Of a stretch of 64,000 nt of DNA, positions 49,913 to 59,887 are shown piece after piece. Location of the stretch: NCBI GenBank assembly GCA_003171335.1, contig PMYD01000089.1, forward strand, positions 34,958 to 98,957. Direction: 5' to 3'. The translations under genes and the position numbers were made by a program. The notes beneath the pieces were generated by a model. The model did not search any database and had not been told where the DNA came from. It was given only the letters and a program-made list of their open reading frames with translations. Position 1 is the stretch's first letter, and the number at the start of each line of letters is the position of its first letter. The DNA is from Phycisphaerales bacterium (GTDB taxonomy: Bacteria > Planctomycetota > Phycisphaerae > SM23-33 > FEN-1343).

Positions 49913-49990
49913 CCATACCAGCGTGGTTGCTTCGGTCGCAGTAGCGACCTTCGCAGCCCACGGTACCCATCACTTTAGGTGTGACAGAAC
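49913..49990. repeat. Right copy of the 78-bp inverted-repeat pair (partner at 45481-45558)
   Basis: The reverse complement is ~87% identical to 45481-45558. Contains the GGTCGCTACTGCGACC and AGCAACCACGC...GCGTGGTTGCT hairpins. Located about 55 nt after the rpsA stop. Confidence 0.7.
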
Positions 49991-50093
49991 ACGAGTTCCT
50001 TCCTTGACATTTCCGTCCCGCAGGCTTAGCCTCTCTCCGATCGAAAAGCGCGTTCATGGTGGAACGGCTGAGGGCTAACGGAAAGCACGGGTT

Positions 50094-51125
50094 ATGATCA
50101 AAAAGAGAAAAACGGCGGCACTGTTTGAGGTCATCGCCAAGGAGCAAGGCGGCCAACCGGTGCGTCTGCCCGGCTGGTTTCGGCGGAATCTCGTGGCCGT
50201 CGCCCCCGTGGCTCGGCCCAGCCCCCGACTGAAACAGCCGCCGGGGCTTGCCGGACTTAAAGCTGTCGGCCAGGCCGCTACGGCCACGGCCGTCGAGGAA
50301 GATCTTGAGGAACAGGCGGCCCAATCCGTGCCGGCGGCCGCTCCTCGCCCGGCCACGGTGCCGGTTTCCTCAGCCGCCCAGGCGCTGCGCCGACTCCAGA
50401 TGTCGCAGGCATCCGCCGTGGCCGCGGCCGCACCCAAGTCGGCAACCCCTGCGGCCACCGCCGCACCGGCGTTTCCTGGGGTCCAGACCACCGTTATTCC
50501 CGGCGCTGTCGTCAAGACGCCTGCGGCTTCGGCAGCGCCCGCGCCAGCTCCGGCCGCCGCCAGCACCGCCTCGCGCGCGCGGGAGGAAACCCGCCCCGTC
50601 GCCGAGCGTCTTGCCGCCGTCGTGGGCGGCCGCCTGCGCGTCAGCTTGAGTTATCCCATCTGCGTGGCCGCCGCCTTAGGGCTGGTGGTGCTGCTGGTGG
50701 GCGCATTCAGGCTCGGCAGGCACCAGACCAGCACAGCCGCACCGCCCGCCGCGGCCCAAAGCGCATCGCCAAACCCGATCGCCCCGGCGCCTGTGGCCGG
50801 CAATGGGTTCGATTTTGACAAGAGCCAAATTCTCGGCGAGGCACGCTATAATGCCGAGAAGCGTTACCTCATGGTTGAGCCCAGCGTGGCCAGCAAGGCC
50901 GATGCCGTCGCCATCTGTGAGTGGCTGTACAACAACGGCTTTGTGCCGTGGGCCGCCAACGACAACGACCGGATCGTGGTGATCGCGCTGCCGAAGGAAC
51001 CCGGCGGCAGCGCGGACACCTTTAACAAGCAGGCCGCCAGTCTTCGCGAGCTGGGCAAATCGCGCGGCTGGAAGCTGCGAGATCGTTACACGTTTGCCCA
51101 GGCCAGAGTAGAACCGAAAAAGTAG
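50094..51125 (+). CDS. Ala/Pro-rich single-pass membrane protein with possible SPOR-like C-terminal domain, hypothetical
   Basis: Long A/P-rich low-complexity N-terminal half, TM segment ICVAAALGLVVLLVGAF, and a C-terminal ~90-aa globular region (EARYNAEKRYLMVEPSVASKADAVAICEWLYNNGF...IVVIALPK). Confidence 0.45.
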   Translation: MIKKRKTAALFEVIAKEQGGQPVRLPGWFRRNLVAVAPVARPSPRLKQPPGLAGLKAVGQAATATAVEEDLEEQAAQSVPAAAPRPATVPVSSAAQALRRLQMSQASAVAAAAPKSATPAATAAPAFPGVQTTVIPGAVVKTPAASAAPAPAPAAASTASRAREETRPVAERLAAVVGGRLRVSLSYPICVAAALGLVVLLVGAFRLGRHQTSTAAPPAAAQSASPNPIAPAPVAGNGFDFDKSQILGEARYNAEKRYLMVEPSVASKADAVAICEWLYNNGFVPWAANDNDRIVVIALPKEPGGSADTFNKQAASLRELGKSRGWKLRDRYTFAQARVEPKK

Positions 51126-51146
51126 AACGGAAGGAGTCGTGAATTC

Positions 51147-51506
51147 ATGAGCGTTGACCGCACACTGCATATTCGTTCGGGCGGAACCCAGAAGCGCAAC
51201 GTCCTGTCGCGGGCGGAGCGCATCGCCATGCTGGCCGAAGGCGGCGAGGTGGACCTGGATGCCCTCAATCCGCTGGGACTGACCAAGACCAAGGTCCGTG
51301 TCTCCAAGGCCGGCACCAAGAGCAAGAAGGAAGAGAAGCCTGCGGAAGGCGCCGAAGGCGTGCCCGCGGCCGAAGGCGCCGCCCCCGCCGCCGGCAAGGA
51401 AGGGGCTGCGGCTGGCGCCGCCAAGCCCGCCGCCAAGCCCGCCGGCAAGGCCGAAGGCAAGCCCGGCAAGGGCGAAGCCAAGGCCGAGGGGAAGGGAAAG
51501 AAGTAG
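51147..51506 (+). CDS. Small basic protein with Lys/Ala/Gly-rich histone-H1-like C-terminal tail, hypothetical
   Basis: Strong RBS AAGGAG. N-terminal ~55-aa globular part, then KSKKEEKPAEGAEG...AAKPAAKPAGKAEGKPGKGEAKAEGKGKK. Confidence 0.5.
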   Translation: MSVDRTLHIRSGGTQKRNVLSRAERIAMLAEGGEVDLDALNPLGLTKTKVRVSKAGTKSKKEEKPAEGAEGVPAAEGAAPAAGKEGAAAGAAKPAAKPAGKAEGKPGKGEAKAEGKGKK

Positions 51507-51697
51507 GGCATTTGAGACCGTCCGCTCCAAACCGGCGGGCCGTCCCTTGAAGCGTTAATAGGTTAACTGGTTAATCGGTTAGCTGGCCATGCCGGCCAGG
51601 CCTAATCAGTTAATAGATGCATTTAGTGAGTCCTCCGCAAGCGGGGACGCGTTGCCTATTGTCCGATTAACCTATTACCTGCGTCGGAGCCATTTCA

Positions 51698-51922
51698 ATG
51701 AAACTGCGAGCTATCAGGATTGACTTTGCAAATGCAATTTCTTCCCAAGTAGTTTTTCTAGACGATAAAGAAAACCGGAAACTTCAGGCCGCTTGGGACA
51801 AGAAGAAGGGCAGAATCGCAGTGGAATGTCGGCATTCCCAAGAGGACAGAGAGGTGCATACAAAGCGTTTGGATTTGAACGGTGTCGTTCTTATAGAAGA
51901 CCTTTCAGGCAGCCGGGCCTGA
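51698..51922 (+). CDS. Small hypothetical protein in AT-rich patch (speculative)
   Basis: 74-aa ORF with GGAG about 10 nt upstream. GC is about 45%, against a ~68% background. Next to GTTAA/TTAATAG inverted motifs at 51555-51690. Confidence 0.3.
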   Translation: MKLRAIRIDFANAISSQVVFLDDKENRKLQAAWDKKKGRIAVECRHSQEDREVHTKRLDLNGVVLIEDLSGSRA

Positions 51923-51982
51923 TTCGCGGCTGGGTTTCGGCTGTCTTTGCCATTTTCAACTCTGTCGTCGGCATGAAACAGA

Positions 51983-53107
51983 ATGAAGCCACGAATGCCC
52001 AAGTCCTTCCCCATCGCCGAACGCATGGCCAAGCTGGATGCCAGCGGCATCCGCAAGGTGTTCGATCTGGCCGCCGCGATGAAAGACCCGATCAACCTGT
52101 CGATCGGCCAGCCGGATTTCGACGTGCCCGAGCCGGTCCGCCGCGAGGCGGCCGAGGCCATCGCCCGCGGCTTTAATAAGTACACCCAGACCCAGGGCAC
52201 CGCCGAACTGCGGGCGGCCGTGGGCAAGGGGCTGGCTGAGGAGTTCGGCTGGACGGATGAGCGGCCGGTGCTGATCACCTCGGGGGTCTCCGGTGCGCTG
52301 CTGCTGGCGTTCCTGTCAGTCATCAATCCAGGCGATGAGGTGATCATCCTCGAGCCGTACTTCGTGATGTACAGCCACCTGGTGAACCTGTGCGGCGGCG
52401 TGCCGGTGTGCATTTCCACCTATCCGAGCTTCCGCCCGGATGCCGATCGCATGGCCGAGGCCATCACGCCGCGGACGAAGATGCTGGTGGTGAACAGCCC
52501 CTGTAACCCCACCGGCGCGGTGTATACCCAGGCGGAACTGGAGGCCCTGGCGCAGGTGGCCCGCAAGCACGGCCTCTTAGTGGTCTCCGACGAAATCTAC
52601 AACAGCTTCTGCTACGATGCCCCGTTCGTTTCCATGGCCGGCCTGTACGAGCATACGCTGCTGATGCGGGGTTTCAGCAAGACGTACGCCATGACCGGCT
52701 GGCGGCTGGGCTGGTGCACCGGGCCCAAGAACGTGCTGGAGAAGATGACGATGCTCCAGCAATACAGCTTCGTGTGCGCCCCGAGCATGGCCCAGGCGGC
52801 GGGTATCGTGGCCCTCGGGGTGGATGTTTCCCAGCACCAGGACCAGTACCGCCGCAAGCGCGACATGGTCTTTGCCGCCCTGGCCAGACCCTTGGGCCTG
52901 GCCAAGCCCGGCGGGGCCTTCTACGCCTTCGTGCCGGCCCCCAAGGGCCAGACCGCCACCCAGTTCGTCACGCGGGCCATCCAGAACAACGTGCTGATCA
53001 TTCCGGGGAACGTCTTTTCCACCCAGGACACGCACTTTCGCCTCTCCTACGCCACCAGCGATGAAAAGCTGGCGCAGGGGCTGGGAATTCTGGTGAAACT
53101 GGCGTAG
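51983..53107 (+). CDS. PLP-dependent aminotransferase class I/II (aspartate/aromatic aminotransferase-like)
   Basis: FSKTYAMTGWRLGW (PLP-lysine region), NPCNPTGAVY and GNVFSTQ motifs identify the aminotransferase fold. Confidence 0.8.
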   Translation: MKPRMPKSFPIAERMAKLDASGIRKVFDLAAAMKDPINLSIGQPDFDVPEPVRREAAEAIARGFNKYTQTQGTAELRAAVGKGLAEEFGWTDERPVLITSGVSGALLLAFLSVINPGDEVIILEPYFVMYSHLVNLCGGVPVCISTYPSFRPDADRMAEAITPRTKMLVVNSPCNPTGAVYTQAELEALAQVARKHGLLVVSDEIYNSFCYDAPFVSMAGLYEHTLLMRGFSKTYAMTGWRLGWCTGPKNVLEKMTMLQQYSFVCAPSMAQAAGIVALGVDVSQHQDQYRRKRDMVFAALARPLGLAKPGGAFYAFVPAPKGQTATQFVTRAIQNNVLIIPGNVFSTQDTHFRLSYATSDEKLAQGLGILVKLA

Positions 53108-53236
53108 CGCACGACCCGCCGCCGCGGTGGTTTTGCCCCCTCATTACAGGCCTTTCTGCAGAAAACCCGCGACTTATCTAGGTCTCCTTGATACACTGCC
53201 GGTGTGAGCGTTTTTTCCGGCTACACACGACGCTAC

Positions 53237-55078
53237 ATGAATGCCGAAGCGGCGGGGAAAATTAATTTTCGCTGCCTGTGGCGGTACATCGGTCTGGCCT
53301 TGCCATACTGGTGGAACTTCCTTCTGGGCGCGGCCGGGGGAATGGGCCGGCAAGTGCATGGGCTATACGTTCCTTGGATGATGGCGTACCTGATTGACGC
53401 GGTCGGAACGCCCTACCTCAAGGGCATGCTCAAGACATCTGAAGTGTGGAGCCGGACCGGCTGGGTTATGGTGCTTTTCGCCGATCTGCTTGTTTTCCAT
53501 GTGTTGATGACAATGGCTCGCTTTTATTTCCCCTACCAGGGCAGCGGCAGTGTTTCCAGGGACTTACGTAAAGACCTTTTCGCCCATCTCCAGGGGCTGT
53601 CGCTGGCATTTCACACGCAACGGCCCGCGGGCGCCCAAGTGGCCCGTGTCATGGCCGATGTGGATGCGGCCCAAGGTATTTACGACAGCCTGTTCATTCA
53701 GCTTACGCAGCAGCTTTTCACCGGTGTCTGGGTTGCCGTTGCCCTGCTGCTGAAGGACTGGCAGTGGGCTGTGGTTGTGCTTATCGCTACGCCGGCCTTC
53801 GCCATGGTGGCACGCTTGATCGGCAAGCCGCTTCGCCTTGCCACACGCATGTATCGCCAGAGTTTTGAAGGGGCCAGCGCCCAAGCCCAGGAGCGCTTGG
53901 CGATGGTTCGCGAAGTGCAGGCCTTCACCGCCGAGAACCGTGAGGAAGAGAGTATTCGTGGCCGATTTGACGCCTTGCGTAAGTGGACCGTGCGACTGGG
54001 CCTGCTTGGCGGCGGCTTTCTGGGCGCATCGGAAATCGCCCGCTTCTTAGGCACGGCTTTAGTTATAGCCTTCGGTATTTACGGAATCGTGCACCACCGC
54101 CCGGGGGTCACGGCCGGTTCGCTGTGGCTCTTTGTCACCTACACGGACAAACTGCTCTTTCCGATCGAGTACTTTGCCGACCTGTACACCCGTCTTCAAA
54201 CCGCCGCCGCCCCGGCCGATCGTATCTTTGAATTCCTCGACACCCCGCCGGCAATTCGCGATCTCCCAGGCGCGCACAAGCTGGAGCCACAAGGCGCGCT
54301 GCCGGTGCAGTTTGACGCTGTCTCCTTCGCCTACCCCTCCAAGCCGTCGGTGATGGTTCTGCGCGAGGTAAGCTTCAGTGTGCCGGCCGGAGCCCGCGTG
54401 GTGATGGTAGGAGAAAGCGGGGCCGGCAAGAGCACCTTGGCCAGTCTCCTGCCCCGGTTTTATGACGTGCTGACCGGCCGAATCCTTATCGATGGGCAAG
54501 ACCTGCGCCACTTTCAACTCAAGTCGTTGCGGCAGGCGCTGGGCATCGTGCCGCAGGACCCGGTGCTGTTTGCCGGTACTATTGCCGACAATATTCGATA
54601 TGGGCGGCCGGAAGCCTCGCTGGAAGAAGTACGCCAGGCCATTCGTGACGCCAATGCCGAGCAATTCGTCCTGGAAATGGAGCACGGGCTGGAGAGCCAG
54701 ATTGGCGAGCGCGGTGTGGGGTTGTCGGGGGGCCAAATTCAGCGGCTGGCCATTGCCCGGGCATTCTTGAAAAACCCGCCGCTGTTGATCCTGGATGAGC
54801 CCACGAGCAACCTGGACGCCAGCAGCGAATCCCAGATCATGGAAGCTCTGGAGCGACTTTCGAGGGGCCGAACCACGTTTGTCATTGCCCATCGCCTCTC
54901 TTTGGGCCGCGACGCCGACATGATCATCTCCCTGGACAGGGGCCGGCTGGCCGAAATTGGCACGCATGAGGATTTGCTGGCCCGCGATGGCGTCTACCGC
55001 CACCTGTGGCTACAGCAGATGGGCGATGTGGACATTCCCGCTATCGAACCCGATGCGGCGGATTCCAGCCCGGCGTAG
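53237..55078 (+). CDS. ABC transporter, fused permease/ATP-binding subunit (MsbA-like exporter)
   Basis: Six-TM N-terminal domain; Walker A GESGAGKSTL, signature LSGGQIQRLAIARAF, Walker B LLILDEPTSNLD. Confidence 0.85.
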   Translation: MNAEAAGKINFRCLWRYIGLALPYWWNFLLGAAGGMGRQVHGLYVPWMMAYLIDAVGTPYLKGMLKTSEVWSRTGWVMVLFADLLVFHVLMTMARFYFPYQGSGSVSRDLRKDLFAHLQGLSLAFHTQRPAGAQVARVMADVDAAQGIYDSLFIQLTQQLFTGVWVAVALLLKDWQWAVVVLIATPAFAMVARLIGKPLRLATRMYRQSFEGASAQAQERLAMVREVQAFTAENREEESIRGRFDALRKWTVRLGLLGGGFLGASEIARFLGTALVIAFGIYGIVHHRPGVTAGSLWLFVTYTDKLLFPIEYFADLYTRLQTAAAPADRIFEFLDTPPAIRDLPGAHKLEPQGALPVQFDAVSFAYPSKPSVMVLREVSFSVPAGARVVMVGESGAGKSTLASLLPRFYDVLTGRILIDGQDLRHFQLKSLRQALGIVPQDPVLFAGTIADNIRYGRPEASLEEVRQAIRDANAEQFVLEMEHGLESQIGERGVGLSGGQIQRLAIARAFLKNPPLLILDEPTSNLDASSESQIMEALERLSRGRTTFVIAHRLSLGRDADMIISLDRGRLAEIGTHEDLLARDGVYRHLWLQQMGDVDIPAIEPDAADSSPA

Positions 55079-55172
55079 GGATAATCACGTGTGCGCCGCG
55101 AACATCTGCGGCGACCAGGTGGGCGTTGCCGGTCGACACGAATTCAATTGAAGTCGAATTTCGGCGAACCAT

Positions 55173-55925
55173 TCACTCCTGGCCCTGCAAGGCCGGTAGC
55201 TTCTGCCGGATAAACCGGATCGTATCCTGGATGTGCACATCCCAGTACGCCCAGTTGTGGTCGCCGGGGAACTCCGCGTAGCTGTGGGCGATGCCCAGTT
55301 GCTCGAGGTGGGCGTGGAAGTCGCGGTTGTCCTGGAGCAGAAAATCCTTGTCCCCGCAGTCGATGCGAATGGCCAGCTCCCCCGCCGGCCGCTCCTTTTG
55401 CTTCTGCGCCAGCGCAAAGCAGTCGTACTGGCTGATGTCAATCGCGGAAGAGAGATCCTGGAGCAGCGGCACCTCCGGCCGGGGGTGATGGAACGCCCCC
55501 ACCGCCCCCGAATGCGAGCAGGCGACGGAAAACAGATCGGCGTGCTTGAAGCCTAGCATCATGGCGCCGTAGCCGCCCATGCTCATCCCCGCCACCGCGC
55601 GGGCGCCGCGCTGCGGGATGGTGCGGAAGGTCGTGTCCACGAAACCGATCACATCCTTGATGATGTGGTCCTCGTACGGGCTGCCGCCGGGGGCGGGATT
55701 GTTCACGTAGAAGGAGCGGTGGGCATCGGGCATGGCCACGATCATGGGCACGTTGTCCATGTGCCGCTCGAGGCCCGTGCGGCGCAGCCAGCCGCTGTGG
55801 TCGTCGCTCAATCCGTGCAGCAGGTACAGCACGGGAAACGGTCCGGGCCCATCCGGCAGCAGCACGTACAGGCTGGTCATCTTGACCAGGACCATCGCCC
55901 GGAAATGCGCCTCAATCCATGCCAT
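55173..55925 (-). CDS. Esterase D / S-formylglutathione-hydrolase-like putative esterase
   Basis: LYLLHGLSDDHSGW..., nucleophile elbow GMSMGGYGAM, and acid/His residues downstream. Confidence 0.75.
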   Translation of the reverse strand: MAWIEAHFRAMVLVKMTSLYVLLPDGPGPFPVLYLLHGLSDDHSGWLRRTGLERHMDNVPMIVAMPDAHRSFYVNNPAPGGSPYEDHIIKDVIGFVDTTFRTIPQRGARAVAGMSMGGYGAMMLGFKHADLFSVACSHSGAVGAFHHPRPEVPLLQDLSSAIDISQYDCFALAQKQKERPAGELAIRIDCGDKDFLLQDNRDFHAHLEQLGIAHSYAEFPGDHNWAYWDVHIQDTIRFIRQKLPALQGQE

Positions 55926-58530
55926 GGGGACTCCTCGTTACCGTGGCCTGGGCGGCCGCAGCGGGGCCGGCCAGGCAAGATTTTTCGCTGCCCGCGCGGT
56001 CGAGCAGTTGCCGAACCGTGCGAAGCAGCTGGTTGTTGCTGAACGGTTTAAACAGCAGTTCGGCCTGGCTGTCAATACCGCGATGGGCCAGTGTTCGGTC
56101 GGCATAGCCCGAAACGTACAGCACGGCGATTTGCGGCCGCAAGGCCCGGATCTTGGCGGCCAAGTCCGCGCCGCTCGAGCCGGGCATGACCACATCGGTC
56201 ACCAGCGCGTCGATGGAGGCGGCGTGCTCGTTGAACAGCCGCAGGGCCTCGGCGCCGTCGGCGGCCTGAAGCACCCGGTAGCCCGCCTCCAGCAGCGATG
56301 CCGCCACGAGCCCGCGCACCGCCGGCTCATCCTCGACCAGCAGAATCGACTCGCTGCCGCGCGGTGCTTCATCATCGGCCACCACGGCGGGCGCCCCGGC
56401 CGCGGGCGCTTCGCTGAGCGGAAAGTACAGCCGGAATTCTGTGCCCTTGGCGACCACGCTTTCCACTTCCACCGCGCCGCCGCTCTGGCGGACGAAACCG
56501 TACACCATCGCCAAACCCAGGCCGGTGCCTTTGCCGACCTCCTTGGTGGTGAAGAAAGGTTCGAAGATCCGCGCGCGCACCTGATCGTCCATGCCGCACC
56601 CGGTGTCGCTCACCGAGACAACGGCGCAGGGCCCGGGGGCCATGTCCTGCCGCGCGGCCCTGCCTGTGTCGGCCTCCAGGCAATACGTGCGGATGATCAG
56701 CTTGCCGCCGCGCGGCATGGCGTCGCGGGCGTTGGTCACGAGGTTCATCAGCGCCTGCTGGAACTGGCCGGCATCGACCGTGGCGATGCAGGGCTGGGCG
56801 GCGGCGGCAATGGACAGCTCGACGTCCTCGCCGATCACCCGCTCCAGCGCGCCGGCGACGTCGCCGATGAGCTGGCTCAGGTCGGCCGGCTGCGGGTGCA
56901 GGATGTCGCGCCGGCTGAAGGCCAGCAGTTGCCCCGTACTGCGGGCGGCCCGGGCGGCGGCCTGGAGAATCTCCTCCAGCATGGTCCGGGCCTCCGGGCC
57001 GAGCGTCTGATCGCGCCGCAGCATCTCGCCGTAGCCCTTGATGACGGTCAGTTGATTGCGGAAATCGTGGGCGATTCCACCGGCCAATTGCCCGATGGCC
57101 TCCATCTTCTGGGCCTGGAGCAATTGCTGCTCCAGCCGCTTTTGTTCGGTGATGTCCATCGCGGCATGGACGGCGCCGATCACGCGCCCTTCGGCATCCG
57201 TGACCGGATTGGTGCGGACGGTAAGGATTCGTCCTCCTGGCGTGACCTTCTCGCCTTCCTGCGGCTGTCCAGTGGCCAGGGCACGCACCGCGATGCAGCC
57301 TTCGCAAGGCTCCTTGCGGCCGCGGACAATTTCAAAACAGCGCCGCCCGTCGATTTGCTCCCGCCTGATGGCCAGGTTCTCGAGCATGGCGTCGTTGGCC
57401 CACACCAGTTTCATGTCGGTGCCGAGGTACTCGATGCCGATGCTCATCAGCCCATCCAGGATGGCCGCCTTCTCGCGCTGGGCCGCGTGCAGTTCCGCTT
57501 CTCTCCGCCGCCGCTCGGTGACATCCTCGACCACCTCGATGAAGCCAGTCGGCTGGCCGCCCGCGTCCAGCAGCGGGAACGCCAGGATACGAGCCATCCA
57601 CGATGTGCCGTCGGCGCGAAACTGGAGGCGCTCGATCTCGGCCGAACGCCCAGTGGCCAGGGCTTTGGTCCCCAGGCAGTCTGGGCAGACCTGGTCCTGC
57701 CGGTGCAAGACACTAAAGCAATGCCGGCCGAGCAACTCCGTCTGCCTGGTCATGCGGGCCAGGCCGCTGTTGGCGGTGATAATTTGATACTGCGCGTCTA
57801 CCTGCAAAACACCCAAGTCGATGTTCTCAACCAATCCGCGGTATCGCTGCTCGCGCTGGCGGATTTCCTCTTCGGCCTGGCGGCGCTGCTCGGCGAGCTG
57901 CTCCAGTTGGCAGTGCGCCCGCTTGCGTTCGGTAATGTCCGTGGCCGTACCCAGCATACGGACAGGTTTGCCGGCCGGATCATAGGAGATGAACGCCCTG
58001 TGCAGCACCCAGCGCACGCTCCCGTCCGGACGGAGGATGCGGTGGTCGCCTTCCAGCTCCCGGAGTTTTTCACGAACGCACCGCTCATAGCCGGCCATGG
58101 CCGCCGCCAGGTCCTCCGGGTGAATCCTGTCCATCCAGTCCGTTGCGCCGTAGTAGCCCGCGCCCCGATTGACGCCGTAGATGGCAGCCAGTCCGGCGGA
58201 CCAGTAGCACCGCTTTTCGGCCACGCTCCAATCGAAAACCCCCACCTGCCCGGCCTGCTCGGCCAGGACAACTCGGGCCTCACTTTCGAGCAACTGCTGC
58301 TGGCCACGAAGGATGGTTCGCTGAGCCCCCCGCCGCTCCAGAAACAGCAGCAGGCCCGACATGGAGACGAAAGCCAGCCCTTGATATTCCACCACGCCAG
58401 GATGTGCACATTGTTCAGGAATCGCGTCAACAGCGAATTGGTCAAGAGGATCCACAAGACACCGAACGCCACGTACACCAAAGCCACGAAACGGGCCGAC
58501 CGAATGCCAGGGGATGCGGGCGGTTTCCAT
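55912..58530 (-). CDS. Multi-PAS hybrid sensor histidine kinase/response regulator
   Basis: At least four PAS-like segments, H-box IAHDFRNQLTVIKGYGEML, HATPase (DTGCGMD...GTGLGLAMV), and a C-terminal receiver domain (ILLVEDEPAVRGL...DVVMPGSSG). The 3' end overlaps the esterase gene by 14 nt. Confidence 0.8.
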   Translation of the reverse strand: METARIPWHSVGPFRGFGVRGVRCLVDPLDQFAVDAIPEQCAHPGVVEYQGLAFVSMSGLLLFLERRGAQRTILRGQQQLLESEARVVLAEQAGQVGVFDWSVAEKRCYWSAGLAAIYGVNRGAGYYGATDWMDRIHPEDLAAAMAGYERCVREKLRELEGDHRILRPDGSVRWVLHRAFISYDPAGKPVRMLGTATDITERKRAHCQLEQLAEQRRQAEEEIRQREQRYRGLVENIDLGVLQVDAQYQIITANSGLARMTRQTELLGRHCFSVLHRQDQVCPDCLGTKALATGRSAEIERLQFRADGTSWMARILAFPLLDAGGQPTGFIEVVEDVTERRRREAELHAAQREKAAILDGLMSIGIEYLGTDMKLVWANDAMLENLAIRREQIDGRRCFEIVRGRKEPCEGCIAVRALATGQPQEGEKVTPGGRILTVRTNPVTDAEGRVIGAVHAAMDITEQKRLEQQLLQAQKMEAIGQLAGGIAHDFRNQLTVIKGYGEMLRRDQTLGPEARTMLEEILQAAARAARSTGQLLAFSRRDILHPQPADLSQLIGDVAGALERVIGEDVELSIAAAAQPCIATVDAGQFQQALMNLVTNARDAMPRGGKLIIRTYCLEADTGRAARQDMAPGPCAVVSVSDTGCGMDDQVRARIFEPFFTTKEVGKGTGLGLAMVYGFVRQSGGAVEVESVVAKGTEFRLYFPLSEAPAAGAPAVVADDEAPRGSESILLVEDEPAVRGLVAASLLEAGYRVLQAADGAEALRLFNEHAASIDALVTDVVMPGSSGADLAAKIRALRPQIAVLYVSGYADRTLAHRGIDSQAELLFKPFSNNQLLRTVRQLLDRAGSEKSCLAGPAAAAQATVTRSPHGMD

Positions 58531-58624
58531 TGCATAGAGTCCCTTCCTGCAAATGGGAACGATCGATAGGTTTAACGATCATCCGACAACAGCCAGACCG
58601 CAGACCACACCTGGCCGACGGCGT

Positions 58625-59716
58625 TCAGTCTTCTCGCACCAATTCGTACTGCGTGCTTCCCAATCCGATCTGCTGGCCGTACGCGAGTTGGGTGTTGTGA
58701 TCTAGTTGCGGCCAGTACTCGCTGAAGACGTTGCGGCCGTGCCGCTCGTCCAGTAGTGCCGCGGAGGCGGCATCGACGGCGATCGGGTCGAACGAGCCCG
58801 CCACGCCCAGGTCCGGCAGCCGCGGTTCATCGGTTGCCATGCAGTCGCAGTTCTTCGTCACGCGCGTGATGAAGTTCAGATACGCCACGCGGCCGGCCTT
58901 TTCGCGGTGATACGCCAGGCAATACTCGGCCATCTTGTGCTGGAGATCGGTGCTGGTCGTGCTCCAGTCGAAGCCCACCGCCCCGTGCGGGCAGAAGGCA
59001 TAGCACTCGCCGCAACTGATGCATCGCTCCTGGTCCAGCACGGCCGTGTCCTTCATGGTGATGGCCCCGACCGGGCAATGCTTGATGCACCGCCCGCACA
59101 CCTTGCATTTGTCCTTCTTGAAGATCGGCTTGGCGGCGTGGTGTTGCTGGAGTTTTCCCGCCCGTCCGCCAAAACCCATGGCCACGTTCTTGATGGCCGC
59201 CCCCATGCCGGCGGCCAGGTGGCCCGTCACGTGCGTCAGAATGATGGCAGCGTCGGCCATGTAGCCGGCACCGGCGATAAAGACGTGCTTGAGCGTTTTG
59301 GCCGGGCCATCCAGCGTCACTTGCGATTCACCCTTGAGACCGTCGGCGATAATGACGGGAAAGCCGAGCGTCTCGTGCGAAAAACCGTGCTCGCGGGCCA
59401 GTTCGAGGTGATCGACGGCGTTGGCGCGCATGCCGTTGTACAGCGTATTGGAGTCGGTGAGGAAGGGCTTGCCGCCCGCCTGGCGGATCCGCTGGCCCAC
59501 CGCCTTGGCCACGGCCGGCGGGACGAAGTTCTGCCCGTTCTTCTCGCCGAAATGCTGCTTGATCGCCACCAAGCTCTTGTCGGCGATGATCGTATCGAGC
59601 TTCATCCGTTCCCAGAGTTTCACCGCCGCCGCGGCCATGTCCTGGGGCGTGGAGGATTCGGGCACAGGGACAAAATACACGGTAGAGCCGGCGGCGGGCT
59701 TCGACTTCTTACTCAT
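58625..59716 (-). CDS. DUF362-domain iron-sulfur protein with 2x[4Fe-4S] ferredoxin motifs
   Basis: CKVCGRCIKHCP and CISCGECYAFCP ferredoxin motifs inside a DUF362-like scaffold. RBS GGAG. Confidence 0.65.
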   Translation of the reverse strand: MSKKSKPAAGSTVYFVPVPESSTPQDMAAAAVKLWERMKLDTIIADKSLVAIKQHFGEKNGQNFVPPAVAKAVGQRIRQAGGKPFLTDSNTLYNGMRANAVDHLELAREHGFSHETLGFPVIIADGLKGESQVTLDGPAKTLKHVFIAGAGYMADAAIILTHVTGHLAAGMGAAIKNVAMGFGGRAGKLQQHHAAKPIFKKDKCKVCGRCIKHCPVGAITMKDTAVLDQERCISCGECYAFCPHGAVGFDWSTTSTDLQHKMAEYCLAYHREKAGRVAYLNFITRVTKNCDCMATDEPRLPDLGVAGSFDPIAVDAASAALLDERHGRNVFSEYWPQLDHNTQLAYGQQIGLGSTQYELVRED

Positions 59717-59887
59717 GATGGGCTCCGCACAGTGGTTGCGCCAAAAAATCGCAATACGATGCTGATCGTACCGCGATGGCAGAAAGGATCAAGCGGCAGG
59801 CGTCAAAAAGGCCGGAGGAATTCCCCGCGGGTATCCGCACCCTTCCGACTCCGAAATTCATGGAATCAAGCCCCGAACGGATTGCCG

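Noticed and set aside
55732-58569. 945-aa plus-strand ORF
   Set aside because: Antisense to the well-supported hybrid histidine kinase (H-box, HATPase, REC motifs on the minus strand); composition-biased translation.
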